64,000 nt of DNA from an uncultured Acidobacteriota bacterium (GTDB lineage Bacteria; Acidobacteriota; Blastocatellia; Pyrinomonadales; Pyrinomonadaceae), in assembly GCA_937859595.1 (NCBI GenBank), contig CALMAH010000038.1, positions 59,119 to 123,118 of the forward strand, given 5' to 3'. Positions 9,980 to 19,605 of this stretch are shown here, one piece after another; position 1 is the first letter of the stretch; each line of letters begins with the position of its first letter. The translations under genes and the position numbers were made by a program. Under the pieces are notes generated by a model that did not search any database, was not told the origin of the DNA, and saw only the letters and a program-made list of their open reading frames with translations.

Positions 9980-11173
9980 ATGGGTCTGTGGGTAAAGAAT
10001 GCGAAGATGCCGGGCGGTGACCGGGCCGGAGCTATCAGATCTCTGTATATAGAGAAAGGAACGATAGCAAAGATCGGAGGTATAGACGACGCGGGCGACG
10101 CGATCGACGCCCAAGGTGCGCACGTTTTGGCGGGTTTCGTTGACGTTCATAACCACGGCGCGGTCGGTATCGATGTAAATTCGGCTAGCGCGGAAGAGCT
10201 TTTTCAGGTTGCCGCATTTCTTGCGCGGAACGGTGTTACCACATGGATGCCGACGCTCGTGCCCGATACTGACGAAAATTACGAACGGATCATCTCTGAG
10301 ATAGATCGGCTGATGGTGCTCCAGGAGGAAAGGCCTGTGGCAAGGGCCGTTGGGGTGCATTACGAAGGTGTATTTGCGAATGAGAAGATGTGCGGAGCTC
10401 TTCGCCCGGAATATTTCAAGAAATGGGGTGGTTCTTCTACCGCCTCCCGGCCGAGGCCGGATCCGTCATATACGGGAAGCGATCTAATTGATCTTCCGCG
10501 ATTGAAAAATGGCATTCACATGACCACGCTGGCGCCGGAGATCGATGGCGGCATTGAGATAGTAAAAGAATTAGTGCGGCAGGGATGGATAGCGGCCATT
10601 GGACACACCAGCGCAGAACTGGCAACGCTTAATGCGGCATTTGAGGCCGGTGCGCGACACGTGACGCATTTCTTTAACGCAATGAGCGGTATACACCATC
10701 GCGAGATCGGGGTCGCCGGATGGGCATTAACAAAGCCTGGGTTGACCTTTGACATCATTCCGGACGGGATCCACGTCGTACCGACGATGCTCAAGTTCGC
10801 CTGTCGTGCTAAAGGCTTGGATGAGGTTTGCCTGATCTCCGATTCGGTCGCCCCGACCGGCCTTGGCGACGGTGAATTCACTCTTTGGGGTGAAAAGGTG
10901 AGCGTTAAAGGCGGACAGACCTGCAATGAACGCGGAAGCATTGCCGGTTCGGTCGCGACTCTGACAGACGGATTCCGTCAGCTGCTGTCCCTTGGGTTTT
11001 CACCGGCGGAGATTGAGGTTATGGCTTCAAGAAATCCGGCGCGGCTTCTTGGACTTCTTGATATATGCGGCGCGGTCGAAGTAGGCAAACGTGCCGATCT
11101 GGTCGCAATAGATGACGCCGGACGTGTCGTGTTTACGATGGTTGGAGGTGAGGTGGTCCCGGGAGAGAGTTGA
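9980..11173 (+). CDS. nagA: N-acetylglucosamine-6-phosphate deacetylase
   Basis: GFVDVHNHG, HTSA and HFFNAM motifs of the NagA amidohydrolases. ATG at 9980 is preferred to TTG at 9974. It carries a Ser/Pro-rich insert (KKWGGSSTASRPRPDPSY). Confidence 0.85.
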   Translation: MGLWVKNAKMPGGDRAGAIRSLYIEKGTIAKIGGIDDAGDAIDAQGAHVLAGFVDVHNHGAVGIDVNSASAEELFQVAAFLARNGVTTWMPTLVPDTDENYERIISEIDRLMVLQEERPVARAVGVHYEGVFANEKMCGALRPEYFKKWGGSSTASRPRPDPSYTGSDLIDLPRLKNGIHMTTLAPEIDGGIEIVKELVRQGWIAAIGHTSAELATLNAAFEAGARHVTHFFNAMSGIHHREIGVAGWALTKPGLTFDIIPDGIHVVPTMLKFACRAKGLDEVCLISDSVAPTGLGDGEFTLWGEKVSVKGGQTCNERGSIAGSVATLTDGFRQLLSLGFSPAEIEVMASRNPARLLGLLDICGAVEVGKRADLVAIDDAGRVVFTMVGGEVVPGES

Positions 11174-11182
11174 ACTAAAAGT

Positions 11183-11217
11183 AAAAAAGGCTCCGCGATA
11201 ATGCCGCGAAGCCTTTA
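11183..11217. terminator. Hairpin between convergent nagA and the cpxP-like gene; T-run on the minus strand
   Basis: GGCTCCGCG / CGCGAAGCC stem with one mismatch, flanked by A6 on plus, which is T6 on minus. Confidence 0.45.
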
Positions 11218-11238
11218 CCCCCTTGTAGTGGGGAGAGT

Positions 11239-11754
11239 TTAGAGTTGTGTCTCGCCGTTGCCTTTTCCACCCCGGCGGCCTTGTCCTCGGTTCTGGAACC
11301 GCTCGGTGCGCTTCTGTTTCATTTCCTGCAATTTCGCTTTCTGCTCATCTGTTAGGATGGCAAGCGTTTGCTGGTGCATCGACTGACGGAAGGCCCTCAT
11401 CTGCACTGAGAACTGCCTGCGCTCTGCCAACAGTGCGTTAACGGTTGCCTCGTCAGCGTTGTTGGCTCGTGCCTCGCGGAGGTTCTGGCGATTGATCTTC
11501 ATCGCCTCCATCAGGGGCTGCAACGCCGGCTTGCTAGCTTCACGAAAAGCCTTTATCTGCTCCTTCTGAGCATCTGTCAGGTCAAGCCCACGAAACATCA
11601 TCCCGCCGCCGCGATGCATCTTGCCGCCGCGCTTCATCCCTTTCTTTCCGCCCCATCCTTCGCGTTTCGGACCTTCGCTGGTCTGGCCGATCACGAAGAT
11701 GGCACCCATTGCGACCAATACGACCGCCATCATAATTGCAACTATTTTTTTCAT
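11239..11754 (-). CDS. Spy/CpxP-family periplasmic chaperone (LTxxQ repeats)
   Basis: Signal peptide MKKIVAIMMAVVLVAMG. LTDAQKEQIKAF and LTDEQKAKLQEM are LTxxQ motifs. GGGAG RBS before the ATG at 11754. Confidence 0.75.
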   Translation of the reverse strand: MKKIVAIMMAVVLVAMGAIFVIGQTSEGPKREGWGGKKGMKRGGKMHRGGGMMFRGLDLTDAQKEQIKAFREASKPALQPLMEAMKINRQNLREARANNADEATVNALLAERRQFSVQMRAFRQSMHQQTLAILTDEQKAKLQEMKQKRTERFQNRGQGRRGGKGNGETQL

Positions 11755-11913
11755 TTCTTTACTCCCTTTGTAAAAATCCAGGCGGCCCATGCCGCGTTCA
11801 TACACTTAGACGAAAGAAATGGCCCAGCGAATGTAGTGATTACGTTAGGTAACGTAAAGAATTGTAAAACCCGATGCGCCTGCCCAGGTTTTGACGTAAT
11901 ATAGCTACGGAAT

Positions 11914-12603
11914 ATGAACAAGGTCCTTATAATCGATGACGATGAAGAGCTTTGCGACCTGGTGTCAGAGTATCTGACCGTCGAAGGCTTTGAGACAGAG
12001 GCGGTGCACGACGGCGAGAGTGGTCTTAAGCGGGCCGCCTCCGGTGACCATGAAATGGCCATTCTAGACGTGATGCTGCCGAAGATGAACGGTTTCGAAG
12101 TGCTGAGAAATCTCCGAAAGGAGTCGAGCCTGCCTGTACTGATGCTGACAGCGCGGGGCGAAGAGACCGAAAGGATCGTCGGACTCGAAACGGGGGCCGA
12201 CGATTATCTTCCAAAGCCGTTCAACCCGCGTGAGTTGGTGGCAAGGCTGAGGGCGATACTTCGCCGCACCCAGCCCGAAGACGGGGAAAGTACGATCCCG
12301 GAAAAGATCGTTGTGGGAGATCTTGAGCTTGCTCCGGCGGCGCGTTCGGTAAAGCTCGGCGGGAAGGACGTCTTTCTGACATCCGTTGAGTTCGACCTGC
12401 TCACCGCCCTGTTGAAGAAAGCGGGAAGCATAGTAAAAAAAGAGGATCTGAGCGAGACTGTTCTCGAACGGGAACTGTCGCCATATGACCGCAGCCTCGA
12501 CATGCACATCAGCAATCTCAGGAAAAAACTGGGCAGCCGCGACGATAACAGCGAAAGAATTAAGACCGTAAGGTCGGTCGGATACATCTATACAGTGGTA
12601 TGA
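11914..12603 (+). CDS. OmpR-family response regulator
   Basis: Receiver domain (DDDEEL..D..MP) plus a winged-helix C-terminus (RSVGYIY). Confidence 0.9.
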   Translation: MNKVLIIDDDEELCDLVSEYLTVEGFETEAVHDGESGLKRAASGDHEMAILDVMLPKMNGFEVLRNLRKESSLPVLMLTARGEETERIVGLETGADDYLPKPFNPRELVARLRAILRRTQPEDGESTIPEKIVVGDLELAPAARSVKLGGKDVFLTSVEFDLLTALLKKAGSIVKKEDLSETVLERELSPYDRSLDMHISNLRKKLGSRDDNSERIKTVRSVGYIYTVV

Positions 12604-13988
12604 ATCTTTTTCTAAAGATCTTTCTTTGGTTCCTTGCGGCGATCGCGTTGATGATCGGCGTGATGCTCTTCCTGAATTGGACCGTTCAGACCGAGCCTGT
12701 TGTCAGCAGATGGCGGGTCTCCGTCCGCAACCAGACGATCACGTATGCGGAAACCGCGGTCCAGATACAGCGAAGCCAGGGAGACGCCGGGCTAAACGAA
12801 TTTCTGGAACGCATTCGACGGCATGAGAATATTGGGGAGGTGGACCTCATCGGCGAAAGCGGCCGGCTTTACCTTTCGAAAGGCGTAAATGCGGACAATT
12901 ATAAGGATCTGGTGGCAAAGACACTGGCGAGCGACGATGTTGAGATCGAGAACTATCCCGAAACTGCGTTGTCTGCTCGGCGGCTGACATTTGACGATGG
13001 CGAGCGTTTTGTTTTGATCATTCGCTGGGAACGGCCGCGGATCACTCCCTTTTTTGGCGAATCGCCGCTAAGATATCTTCGCTATGCGGGGCTGCTGCTT
13101 ACGGCCTTTCTTCTCTGTTGGGCACTTGCGAGATATCTGTCCTCCCCGATCGGCAAGCTTAGAAGGGCGACGCAGCGGATAGCCGACGGCGATCTTTCGA
13201 CCCGTGTCGCGGACGAGGTAGGGAACCGCCGTGATGAGATCTCGGCTCTGGCCAGGGACTTTGACGAAATGACCGAGAGGATCGAATCGCTTATTCTCTC
13301 GCAAAAGCGACTCTCCCGCGACATTTCACACGAACTTCGCTCGCCGCTCTCGCGTCTCAATGTAGCTCTCGAAATTGCAAAGAAAAAGGCCGGAAGCGAA
13401 ATGAACCCGCTTCTCGATCGGATCGAAGGCGAATCGAACAAGTTGAACGAGATGATCTCCCGGTTGCTGACGCTGTCACGGTTGGAGACGGGAGCAAAGG
13501 ATTTCGACCGCCGCGAACTTAACCTCCGCTCGCTTGTCGAGCAAGTGGTATCCGACGCGGATTTCGAGGCGAACGCCAAGGGGAGGTCCGTCAAGCTGGT
13601 CAAAGCAGACGATTGCCGTGTGGTCGGAAGCGAGGGGCTGCTCCAGAGTGCTGTTGACAACGTGCTCAGAAACGCGGTTCGCTACACGAGAGAAGGCACT
13701 GCGGTCGAGGTATTTCTAACCCGGACGAACGGCACGGCAAATGTCCGTATAAAAGATCATGGGGGAGGGGTGCCGGAGGCGGAGCTTTCCAACCTGTTCA
13801 GGCCTTTTTACCGTGTTGACGAGGCCAGAGATCGCGGAAGCGGTGGAACAGGCCTGGGCCTTGCGATCGCAAGACAGGCAATAGCTGCCCATGAAGGCAA
13901 CATTTCTGCTCGAAATGACGAAGACGGCCTCGTGGTGGATATTTCGCTGAACTGCAAGCCGGCGACGGACAAGAACAAAGGCGGCTAA
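12600..13988 (+). CDS. Sensor histidine kinase (two TM segments, HAMP, HisKA, HATPase)
   Basis: SHELRSPLS H-box, plus N and G boxes (GGTGLGLAI). ATGA overlap with the regulator gene. Confidence 0.9.
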   Translation: MNLFLKIFLWFLAAIALMIGVMLFLNWTVQTEPVVSRWRVSVRNQTITYAETAVQIQRSQGDAGLNEFLERIRRHENIGEVDLIGESGRLYLSKGVNADNYKDLVAKTLASDDVEIENYPETALSARRLTFDDGERFVLIIRWERPRITPFFGESPLRYLRYAGLLLTAFLLCWALARYLSSPIGKLRRATQRIADGDLSTRVADEVGNRRDEISALARDFDEMTERIESLILSQKRLSRDISHELRSPLSRLNVALEIAKKKAGSEMNPLLDRIEGESNKLNEMISRLLTLSRLETGAKDFDRRELNLRSLVEQVVSDADFEANAKGRSVKLVKADDCRVVGSEGLLQSAVDNVLRNAVRYTREGTAVEVFLTRTNGTANVRIKDHGGGVPEAELSNLFRPFYRVDEARDRGSGGTGLGLAIARQAIAAHEGNISARNDEDGLVVDISLNCKPATDKNKGG

Positions 13989-14347
13989 CCCTCGCTCCGG
14001 GCCGCGATGAACGACCGTACGGCCATGATCACGAAAGCGAGGCAGAGTAGAGCCATCAGCAACTGCGAGACCACGGCCACGCTCATCTCAATAGACGAAA
14101 TGCGCGGTGCTAACCTGGCGGCGACCGCAATAAAACCAAGCAGTGCGACCAGGACCGCGGCATGCATCAGATGTTTGCGGAGGTTTTCCTTTGCCTTAGC
14201 CAGATGACCCAGGGCCAAGATAACGATACCGAAAAACGCCGGAATCAGAGCCGTGACACTGGCCGTTCCGGCGAATAAGCCATAACCGTAACCCGCTATA
14301 CCCAAAACTACAAGCAATCTTCCGATCAAAATAGATGTTCCCGGCAT
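13985..14347 (-). CDS. Small integral membrane protein (about four TM helices)
   Basis: 120-aa hydrophobic ORF with an ATG start. It is convergent with the kinase gene, with a 4-nt overlap. Confidence 0.55.
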   Translation of the reverse strand: MPGTSILIGRLLVVLGIAGYGYGLFAGTASVTALIPAFFGIVILALGHLAKAKENLRKHLMHAAVLVALLGFIAVAARLAPRISSIEMSVAVVSQLLMALLCLAFVIMAVRSFIAARSEG

Positions 14348-14432
14348 GTCTTCAGTCTAAACCCGAAATCGAAAATACACTAGCGGTGAAGATGGGGCTC
14401 GGCTTGTTCGGGTGAAGCGAGCCGGAAAGGTA

Positions 14433-17201
14433 CTAAGCCCTAAACTCATCGATCATGCCCTCTATTTCGCCTTTCAGACGCGCGGTCAGTGCGGCGTAGG
14501 CCCCTGTGCGGCTTCGCGCGTCGATCTCGGCAGGAACGATCGGCTCGCCGAAGCTGACCTTGACCTTTGCGGGACGGATACGCCAGGTGCCTCGCGGCCA
14601 GACGTTCTGAGCACCGTCAAGTGCAACAGGAAGGATCGGCATCTCAAGCTCGGTCGCCAGGATCGCGGCGCCCTTTTTGAACTCGTGGAGCCTGCCGTCG
14701 TAGGAGCGTTCACCCTCGGGATAGATGTTCAATATCTTGCCCGCCCTAAGGCCCATCGCACCCGCCTTCATCGCCCGCATCAGTTGTGTGTCGGGGTCCA
14801 CGGGAACGACGAACAACATCTTTGCCACAAATTCCATTATTCGGCCCTTAAAGATGCCGCTCGTCCCGACATGAAAGATGTTGCGAAAAACTCGAAAGGG
14901 GTAGGTCGAGCAGATGACGAATGCATCGATGTAGCTCTGATGGTTGGGGCAGATAAGGAACGAGGACTTCGAGTCGGCGGCCATGTCCGCCATCGAAATG
15001 AGGCGATCGCGGCCCGTTACTTCGAGCCTCATAAAGACGCGGCAAAACAGATAAAAGCAGCGAAAGACACAAAATGCAAAGACCGCGAAAAGTACACTTC
15101 GGCGAAGAATGCTTTTTAGCTCAGGCAAATTGTTGCCTGCCCCGCGGATGATCTTTGACCAGTCGAGGTCAGCCGTGACAGGCACGTCCCCGCTTTCCAG
15201 ACGTCCGTTCGCGCCGGCGAAAAGTTCAGTTACGCGGCGAATAGTAAGCGCCGAGGCGGCCTGCTCAGCAGTTATCTCCTTGCCGAAAGCCTGTTCGAGA
15301 GCGGCAAATGTCTCAGCCCGGGCCAGCGAATCGAGTCCGAGATCGAGCTCAAGATTCATATCCGGATGGATCTCCGGAGCCTCTTTCGCGTTCTTGAGAA
15401 CCGCTGCAGTCACGGCGACGGCAGCGGGCATAGCCTGGAACTCGCGGTCAACGGCAGAAAATGTCCACACCTTCTTCTCATTGAATGTGCCGTCGAGTGT
15501 TCCGCTCTCGATCTGTTTTTTCAATTCGAAACGTTTTATTTTTCGAGTTGCGGTCCTGGGCAGAGGTTCTGAGCGGATGATGTAATCGCGCACCCGCTGA
15601 TACTCGGGAAGCTCGCGGCCAAGGTCGTCGAGCGTATAACGGATGATCTCGCGGGAATTGGCGATGTTGACCTGTTCGAGATATTCAAAATCCGGAACGA
15701 CCACCGCTACCAGCTTTTCGGCACCGGACCGAGCTTCTGCCTCGTCGCGGACGCCGATGACGGCCATTTCCTCGACGTATGGCGTTTTCAAATAGTGGAC
15801 TTCGAGGTCTTCGGGGTGAACGTTCTTTCCCGAGGGCAGGACGATGACATCTTTTGCGCGACCGACGATGTAGAGATGGCCATCGCGATCGAACTTGCCA
15901 AGGTCTCCGGAGCGGAACCACCCGTCCTCGGTAAACACCTCGCGGGTGACCTCGGGATTTTTGTAATAGCCGGAAAAGACCATCGCTCCACGGATAAGCA
16001 CCTCACCGACCCCTTCGGCATCGGGCGAATCTATCATTACCTCGGCACCAGCCAGCGGTTTGCCAACGGAGCCGACGCGATTGTCCTCAACGTAGGTCGC
16101 GGTAGCGGCACCGCTTGTTTCGGTTAGGCCGTAGCCCTGCAGGATAGTGAATCCGAGCTTATGAAAATCACGTGCGACATCTTCATCAAATCGCGAGCCG
16201 GCCGAGATCGCCATTCGCAATTCACCGCCGAACGACTCGTGAACCTTGCCGAACATTCGGGGCCCAAGATTTAGCCCGGTGGTATCGCGTAGCGCCCCAT
16301 TTGTTGCCAGCATTCCGCGAAACAGGCCGCGTACGGGTGCGGATCTTTCCTCGACAGCGTCAAAGATCTTCTTGTGAAATAGGTACCAGAGACGCGGTAC
16401 GGTGGTGAGGATGGTCGGCTTGAACTCTTTCATGGCGTTGCCGAGTTCGGCGGGCGAGAGTTCTTTCAGGTAACCGACCTCACAGCCATAGGTCGTCGCG
16501 ACCCAGAGATTTACGATCTGCAAATAGGCATGGAAAAGAGGCAGCAGGCTTAGGATCCGCTCTTTGTCCGAAAGTTCGAGAATGTGGTTTATGCCGTCTA
16601 GTTCAGCGACGATGTTTGCGTGGGTGAGGGGCACGCCTTTGGGTGTGCCGGTCGTTCCGCTTGTATAGATCAGCAAAGCGATGTCGTCGCCGGCGGCCTT
16701 CGGCAGTTCTTTGTCGAAACCCGCGGGAATATCAGTCGAGGCCCATTCGGCGAATGGTTGAAAGCCGTTCGAGCCGATCGGCGTCTTGTCCCCATTCGTC
16801 TCCCAGACCACTGCCGGGATGTGGCGGCCCAGCTTTTCCTCGATCTGTTTGAAGCGATCGGTTTGGGCAGAGTCGATAAACGCCAGTTTGGCCTCAGAAT
16901 TATCAAAAAAATTTGTGACGGTCTCGATCTCGCCGTGAGGATCGATGGGTACACAAACTGCCCCGCGATAGAGTGTTGCGAGATACGCAATGGCCCACGA
17001 CGGGTGATTCTCTCCCATCACGACGACGCGGTCGCCGAACTCGACGTTTTCTTGGCCGATGCGGTAAGCGACCGAGCGGATCATCCTAAGCGACTCGCCG
17101 AACGTGTAAACATGGGCATCGTCGCCGACGATGCGCATCGCCGTGCGGCCGCTTCGCGATTCGAAGGACGATACCAATCGGTTGAGATATGAATCCGCCA
17201 T
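14433..17201 (-). CDS. Tri-domain acyl-AMP ligase (FadD-like) - acyl carrier domain - PlsC-type acyltransferase
   Basis: LLIYTSGTTGTPKGV is the AMP-binding motif. LGLDSLARAE is the phosphopantetheine Ser motif. A hydrophobic segment follows, then NHQSYID (HX4D) and YPEGERS (PlsC motifs I and III). Confidence 0.85.
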   Translation of the reverse strand: MADSYLNRLVSSFESRSGRTAMRIVGDDAHVYTFGESLRMIRSVAYRIGQENVEFGDRVVVMGENHPSWAIAYLATLYRGAVCVPIDPHGEIETVTNFFDNSEAKLAFIDSAQTDRFKQIEEKLGRHIPAVVWETNGDKTPIGSNGFQPFAEWASTDIPAGFDKELPKAAGDDIALLIYTSGTTGTPKGVPLTHANIVAELDGINHILELSDKERILSLLPLFHAYLQIVNLWVATTYGCEVGYLKELSPAELGNAMKEFKPTILTTVPRLWYLFHKKIFDAVEERSAPVRGLFRGMLATNGALRDTTGLNLGPRMFGKVHESFGGELRMAISAGSRFDEDVARDFHKLGFTILQGYGLTETSGAATATYVEDNRVGSVGKPLAGAEVMIDSPDAEGVGEVLIRGAMVFSGYYKNPEVTREVFTEDGWFRSGDLGKFDRDGHLYIVGRAKDVIVLPSGKNVHPEDLEVHYLKTPYVEEMAVIGVRDEAEARSGAEKLVAVVVPDFEYLEQVNIANSREIIRYTLDDLGRELPEYQRVRDYIIRSEPLPRTATRKIKRFELKKQIESGTLDGTFNEKKVWTFSAVDREFQAMPAAVAVTAAVLKNAKEAPEIHPDMNLELDLGLDSLARAETFAALEQAFGKEITAEQAASALTIRRVTELFAGANGRLESGDVPVTADLDWSKIIRGAGNNLPELKSILRRSVLFAVFAFCVFRCFYLFCRVFMRLEVTGRDRLISMADMAADSKSSFLICPNHQSYIDAFVICSTYPFRVFRNIFHVGTSGIFKGRIMEFVAKMLFVVPVDPDTQLMRAMKAGAMGLRAGKILNIYPEGERSYDGRLHEFKKGAAILATELEMPILPVALDGAQNVWPRGTWRIRPAKVKVSFGEPIVPAEIDARSRTGAYAALTARLKGEIEGMIDEFRA

Positions 17202-17278
17202 AGAAGGGACGAAGAATGAGAATCAGGCTTTCGGTAATAGGCTTTGGGCTAGGATAACAGGAATAACGAAATAAGCAA

Positions 17279-17941
17279 TCACGGCGCAACGTCGCGATAT
17301 TTACTCATAAGCGGCCTGAAAAGTTCGCTGGTGGAAGGCGGAGTGTATGAGACAGCGTTCGCGCCGAGTTCGATGACCTCCCGGATCGTATCATCACTTC
17401 TGCCGCCTGTGGCAATGATCGGGAAACTCGGGGCTAGCTCACGTATCTTGCGGACGATCTTTGGCGTCTCAGCGGCACCGGAAACATTGAATATATCAAC
17501 ACCCGCACCTATCCTCTCGCGTATATTCTCTTCTGTGGAAACGACGGTTACGATGATAGGGATCTCAAGCACACTCTTAACCCGAGTGATAAGTTCATTC
17601 TTTGTCGGCTGATTGAGAACTACACCGAGTGCCCCCTGAAACTCCGCGTCGATCCCGATCTCAACACATCTCTGACCGGCGGTAGTGCCGCCGCCGATAC
17701 CGCAGAATACGGGTTTATCCGAAGCAAGTATCAGGGCGTGGCTGATGATCGGCTGCGGGGTGAACGGATAGACGGCCATTATTGCATCAGCATTCGTATT
17801 GCGGATGATCGCCACATCGGTTGAAAAGATGAACGATCTTAAAGTACGGCCGAGTATTGTGATACCACTCGCCTCGCTGATCACATCGGGCACACGAACT
17901 ATATTTTTTCTCAGGTTTCCGTCAAAGACCGGTGCGTCCAT
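17279..17941 (-). CDS. TIM-barrel-like phosphate-binding protein of unknown function
   Basis: 220 aa with alternating beta/alpha signature (IIVTVV, IIATGGRSDD, GANAVS). It lies 1 nt downstream of the FAD-protein stop. The family was not identified. Confidence 0.55.
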   Translation of the reverse strand: MDAPVFDGNLRKNIVRVPDVISEASGITILGRTLRSFIFSTDVAIIRNTNADAIMAVYPFTPQPIISHALILASDKPVFCGIGGGTTAGQRCVEIGIDAEFQGALGVVLNQPTKNELITRVKSVLEIPIIVTVVSTEENIRERIGAGVDIFNVSGAAETPKIVRKIRELAPSFPIIATGGRSDDTIREVIELGANAVSYTPPSTSELFRPLMSKYRDVAP

Positions 17942-17942
17942 A

Positions 17943-19301
17943 TCAGTCCTCCGAAAGAAGTTGGGCCGCGAGAGCCTCAGCCTGCTGCCTTATCTCAGGT
18001 ATTGCGGTCGACTCCCAAAGGATCCCCTTCAGGGCAGTTCCCAAGGTTCGCAGTGCCGGCGATGGGCGGCCCATAGAGTCTAATAAGACCCCGTCGGGTG
18101 TGGCATCGAGCCCGAGCGAGAGTTCATCGCATCTGATAGCGCCTTTGCGGAGAAGACTTTGTATAAGCCTGCTTTCTACGTGACGAAAATTTGCCTGCGA
18201 CCCGATACAATTGAAGATCGCATCCGACTCCAGGTAGTTAATATCGCCGTCGATAACGTGATTGACGAGGAATTTGTCGCCGTCATGTGTGATGTTCCGA
18301 AGCCTGCCTTTCAGTATCCGAAGCCTGCCGCTCTCTTGCATTTCGTCGATCACCGAGGCCGCTCCGGGCGCCATTCTGTGACGAGCCGCATTCCAGTAAC
18401 GGCTTAGGTGCTGCATAAAATAACGCTTTTCGCTTGTCGGCAATCCGAGCCAAAGAGCCTGGGTATGCGGGCGGACGGAGTCGATAACGGCACGCCAGTC
18501 GCTTCCATTTGAAGAAGCGTGGTCGATATGGCGGCGAACACAGGTAAAGATCTCGGTAATGCGTTTTGAACCGTTTAGCTCGCCTATGAAGCTGGGGTAT
18601 TCATACCCAAGCTTGTGTACGGCGGGCAACAGGCCGCGTGTTGAGATCGCTGATATCCTGCCTTTATGCCCATCGGTGTAGAGCCGCAACGCAACATCGA
18701 CCATCGAGAGCCCGGTACCGATGATCAATATCTCATCTGTGTCAGATATGCGTTCGTATGCCTGCGGATCCCATACGTTATGAATATATTTCGGATGGGA
18801 AATGAACTTTAGGTCAGGGACAGTCGGATGGGGCGGCAAAAAATTCCCGAACGCTAACACCACACGAGATGTCTGTATCACCTCGCCCGAAGCAAGCGTT
18901 ACATACGCAGACGAGATGTCGGGCGTTAGGTCAACAACCTCATCATCCACGAGATCCAGCGTTGCATAGCTGCCGAATGTCTTCGAGGTAATGTCCAACA
19001 ACTCTCTAAGATATTTCCCGAAAAGGGCACGGGGTACAAAATCCGTCGGGGCATATTCAAACCCGCCAGCTATGAGCCAATCGTGGAAGTGGCCCGGCTC
19101 CTTTGGAAAAGCGCTCATCTTGGCAGCCGGGACGTTCAAAAGATGGAAGGGGGACTCGGTTGAATACGCGACGCCGCGGCCGACGCTTTTGTGTTTTTCG
19201 ATAAGGTCGATGGTGATCGGTTCACCGCCGCTATTCCTCAGAAGCTGGATGGCGAGGAGCGTTCCGCTAGCTCCGCCGCCGACTATTGTTATTCTCTTCA
19301 A
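17943..19301 (-). CDS. FAD/NAD(P)-binding oxidoreductase (PF13454-like)
   Basis: KRITIVGGGASGTLLA is a Rossmann motif. I prefer the TTG at 19301 because AGGAGGTG lies 8 nt upstream; the ORF track begins at a GTG at 19376. Confidence 0.7.
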   Translation of the reverse strand: MKRITIVGGGASGTLLAIQLLRNSGGEPITIDLIEKHKSVGRGVAYSTESPFHLLNVPAAKMSAFPKEPGHFHDWLIAGGFEYAPTDFVPRALFGKYLRELLDITSKTFGSYATLDLVDDEVVDLTPDISSAYVTLASGEVIQTSRVVLAFGNFLPPHPTVPDLKFISHPKYIHNVWDPQAYERISDTDEILIIGTGLSMVDVALRLYTDGHKGRISAISTRGLLPAVHKLGYEYPSFIGELNGSKRITEIFTCVRRHIDHASSNGSDWRAVIDSVRPHTQALWLGLPTSEKRYFMQHLSRYWNAARHRMAPGAASVIDEMQESGRLRILKGRLRNITHDGDKFLVNHVIDGDINYLESDAIFNCIGSQANFRHVESRLIQSLLRKGAIRCDELSLGLDATPDGVLLDSMGRPSPALRTLGTALKGILWESTAIPEIRQQAEALAAQLLSED

Positions 19302-19605
19302 GATCTGACACCTCCTATTTGTGATCAACAGAAGGCATCGCTGAGACACGAAGAGGTTGTGAAGCACAGTGCCCACAACCTCTTGAGGTTTCGATCAATG
19401 TCCTTCTTCGTTACGCCTACGAGGTTAGCTGACGGGCTGGAAGCGAAGAATCTTTCTCTGCTGCTGCAGATTAGCCCCGGCTTTGCATCGGCAAAGCATC
19501 TGGTTCCCCCGTGTTTTTTTCTCATCGAAAAAAACTTCGGCAATAAAATTTGAATTAGGTTAGCAAATCCGTACAGAAAAAATCAAGGAAATAATCTCCC
19601 TGCTA

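Noticed and set aside
9974-11173. Ser/Pro-rich insert in NagA (KKWGGSSTASRPRPDPSYTGSDLIDL) as a possible frameshift or fusion
   Set aside because: The reading frame is continuous and catalytic motifs are intact on both sides. It is most likely a surface-loop insertion.
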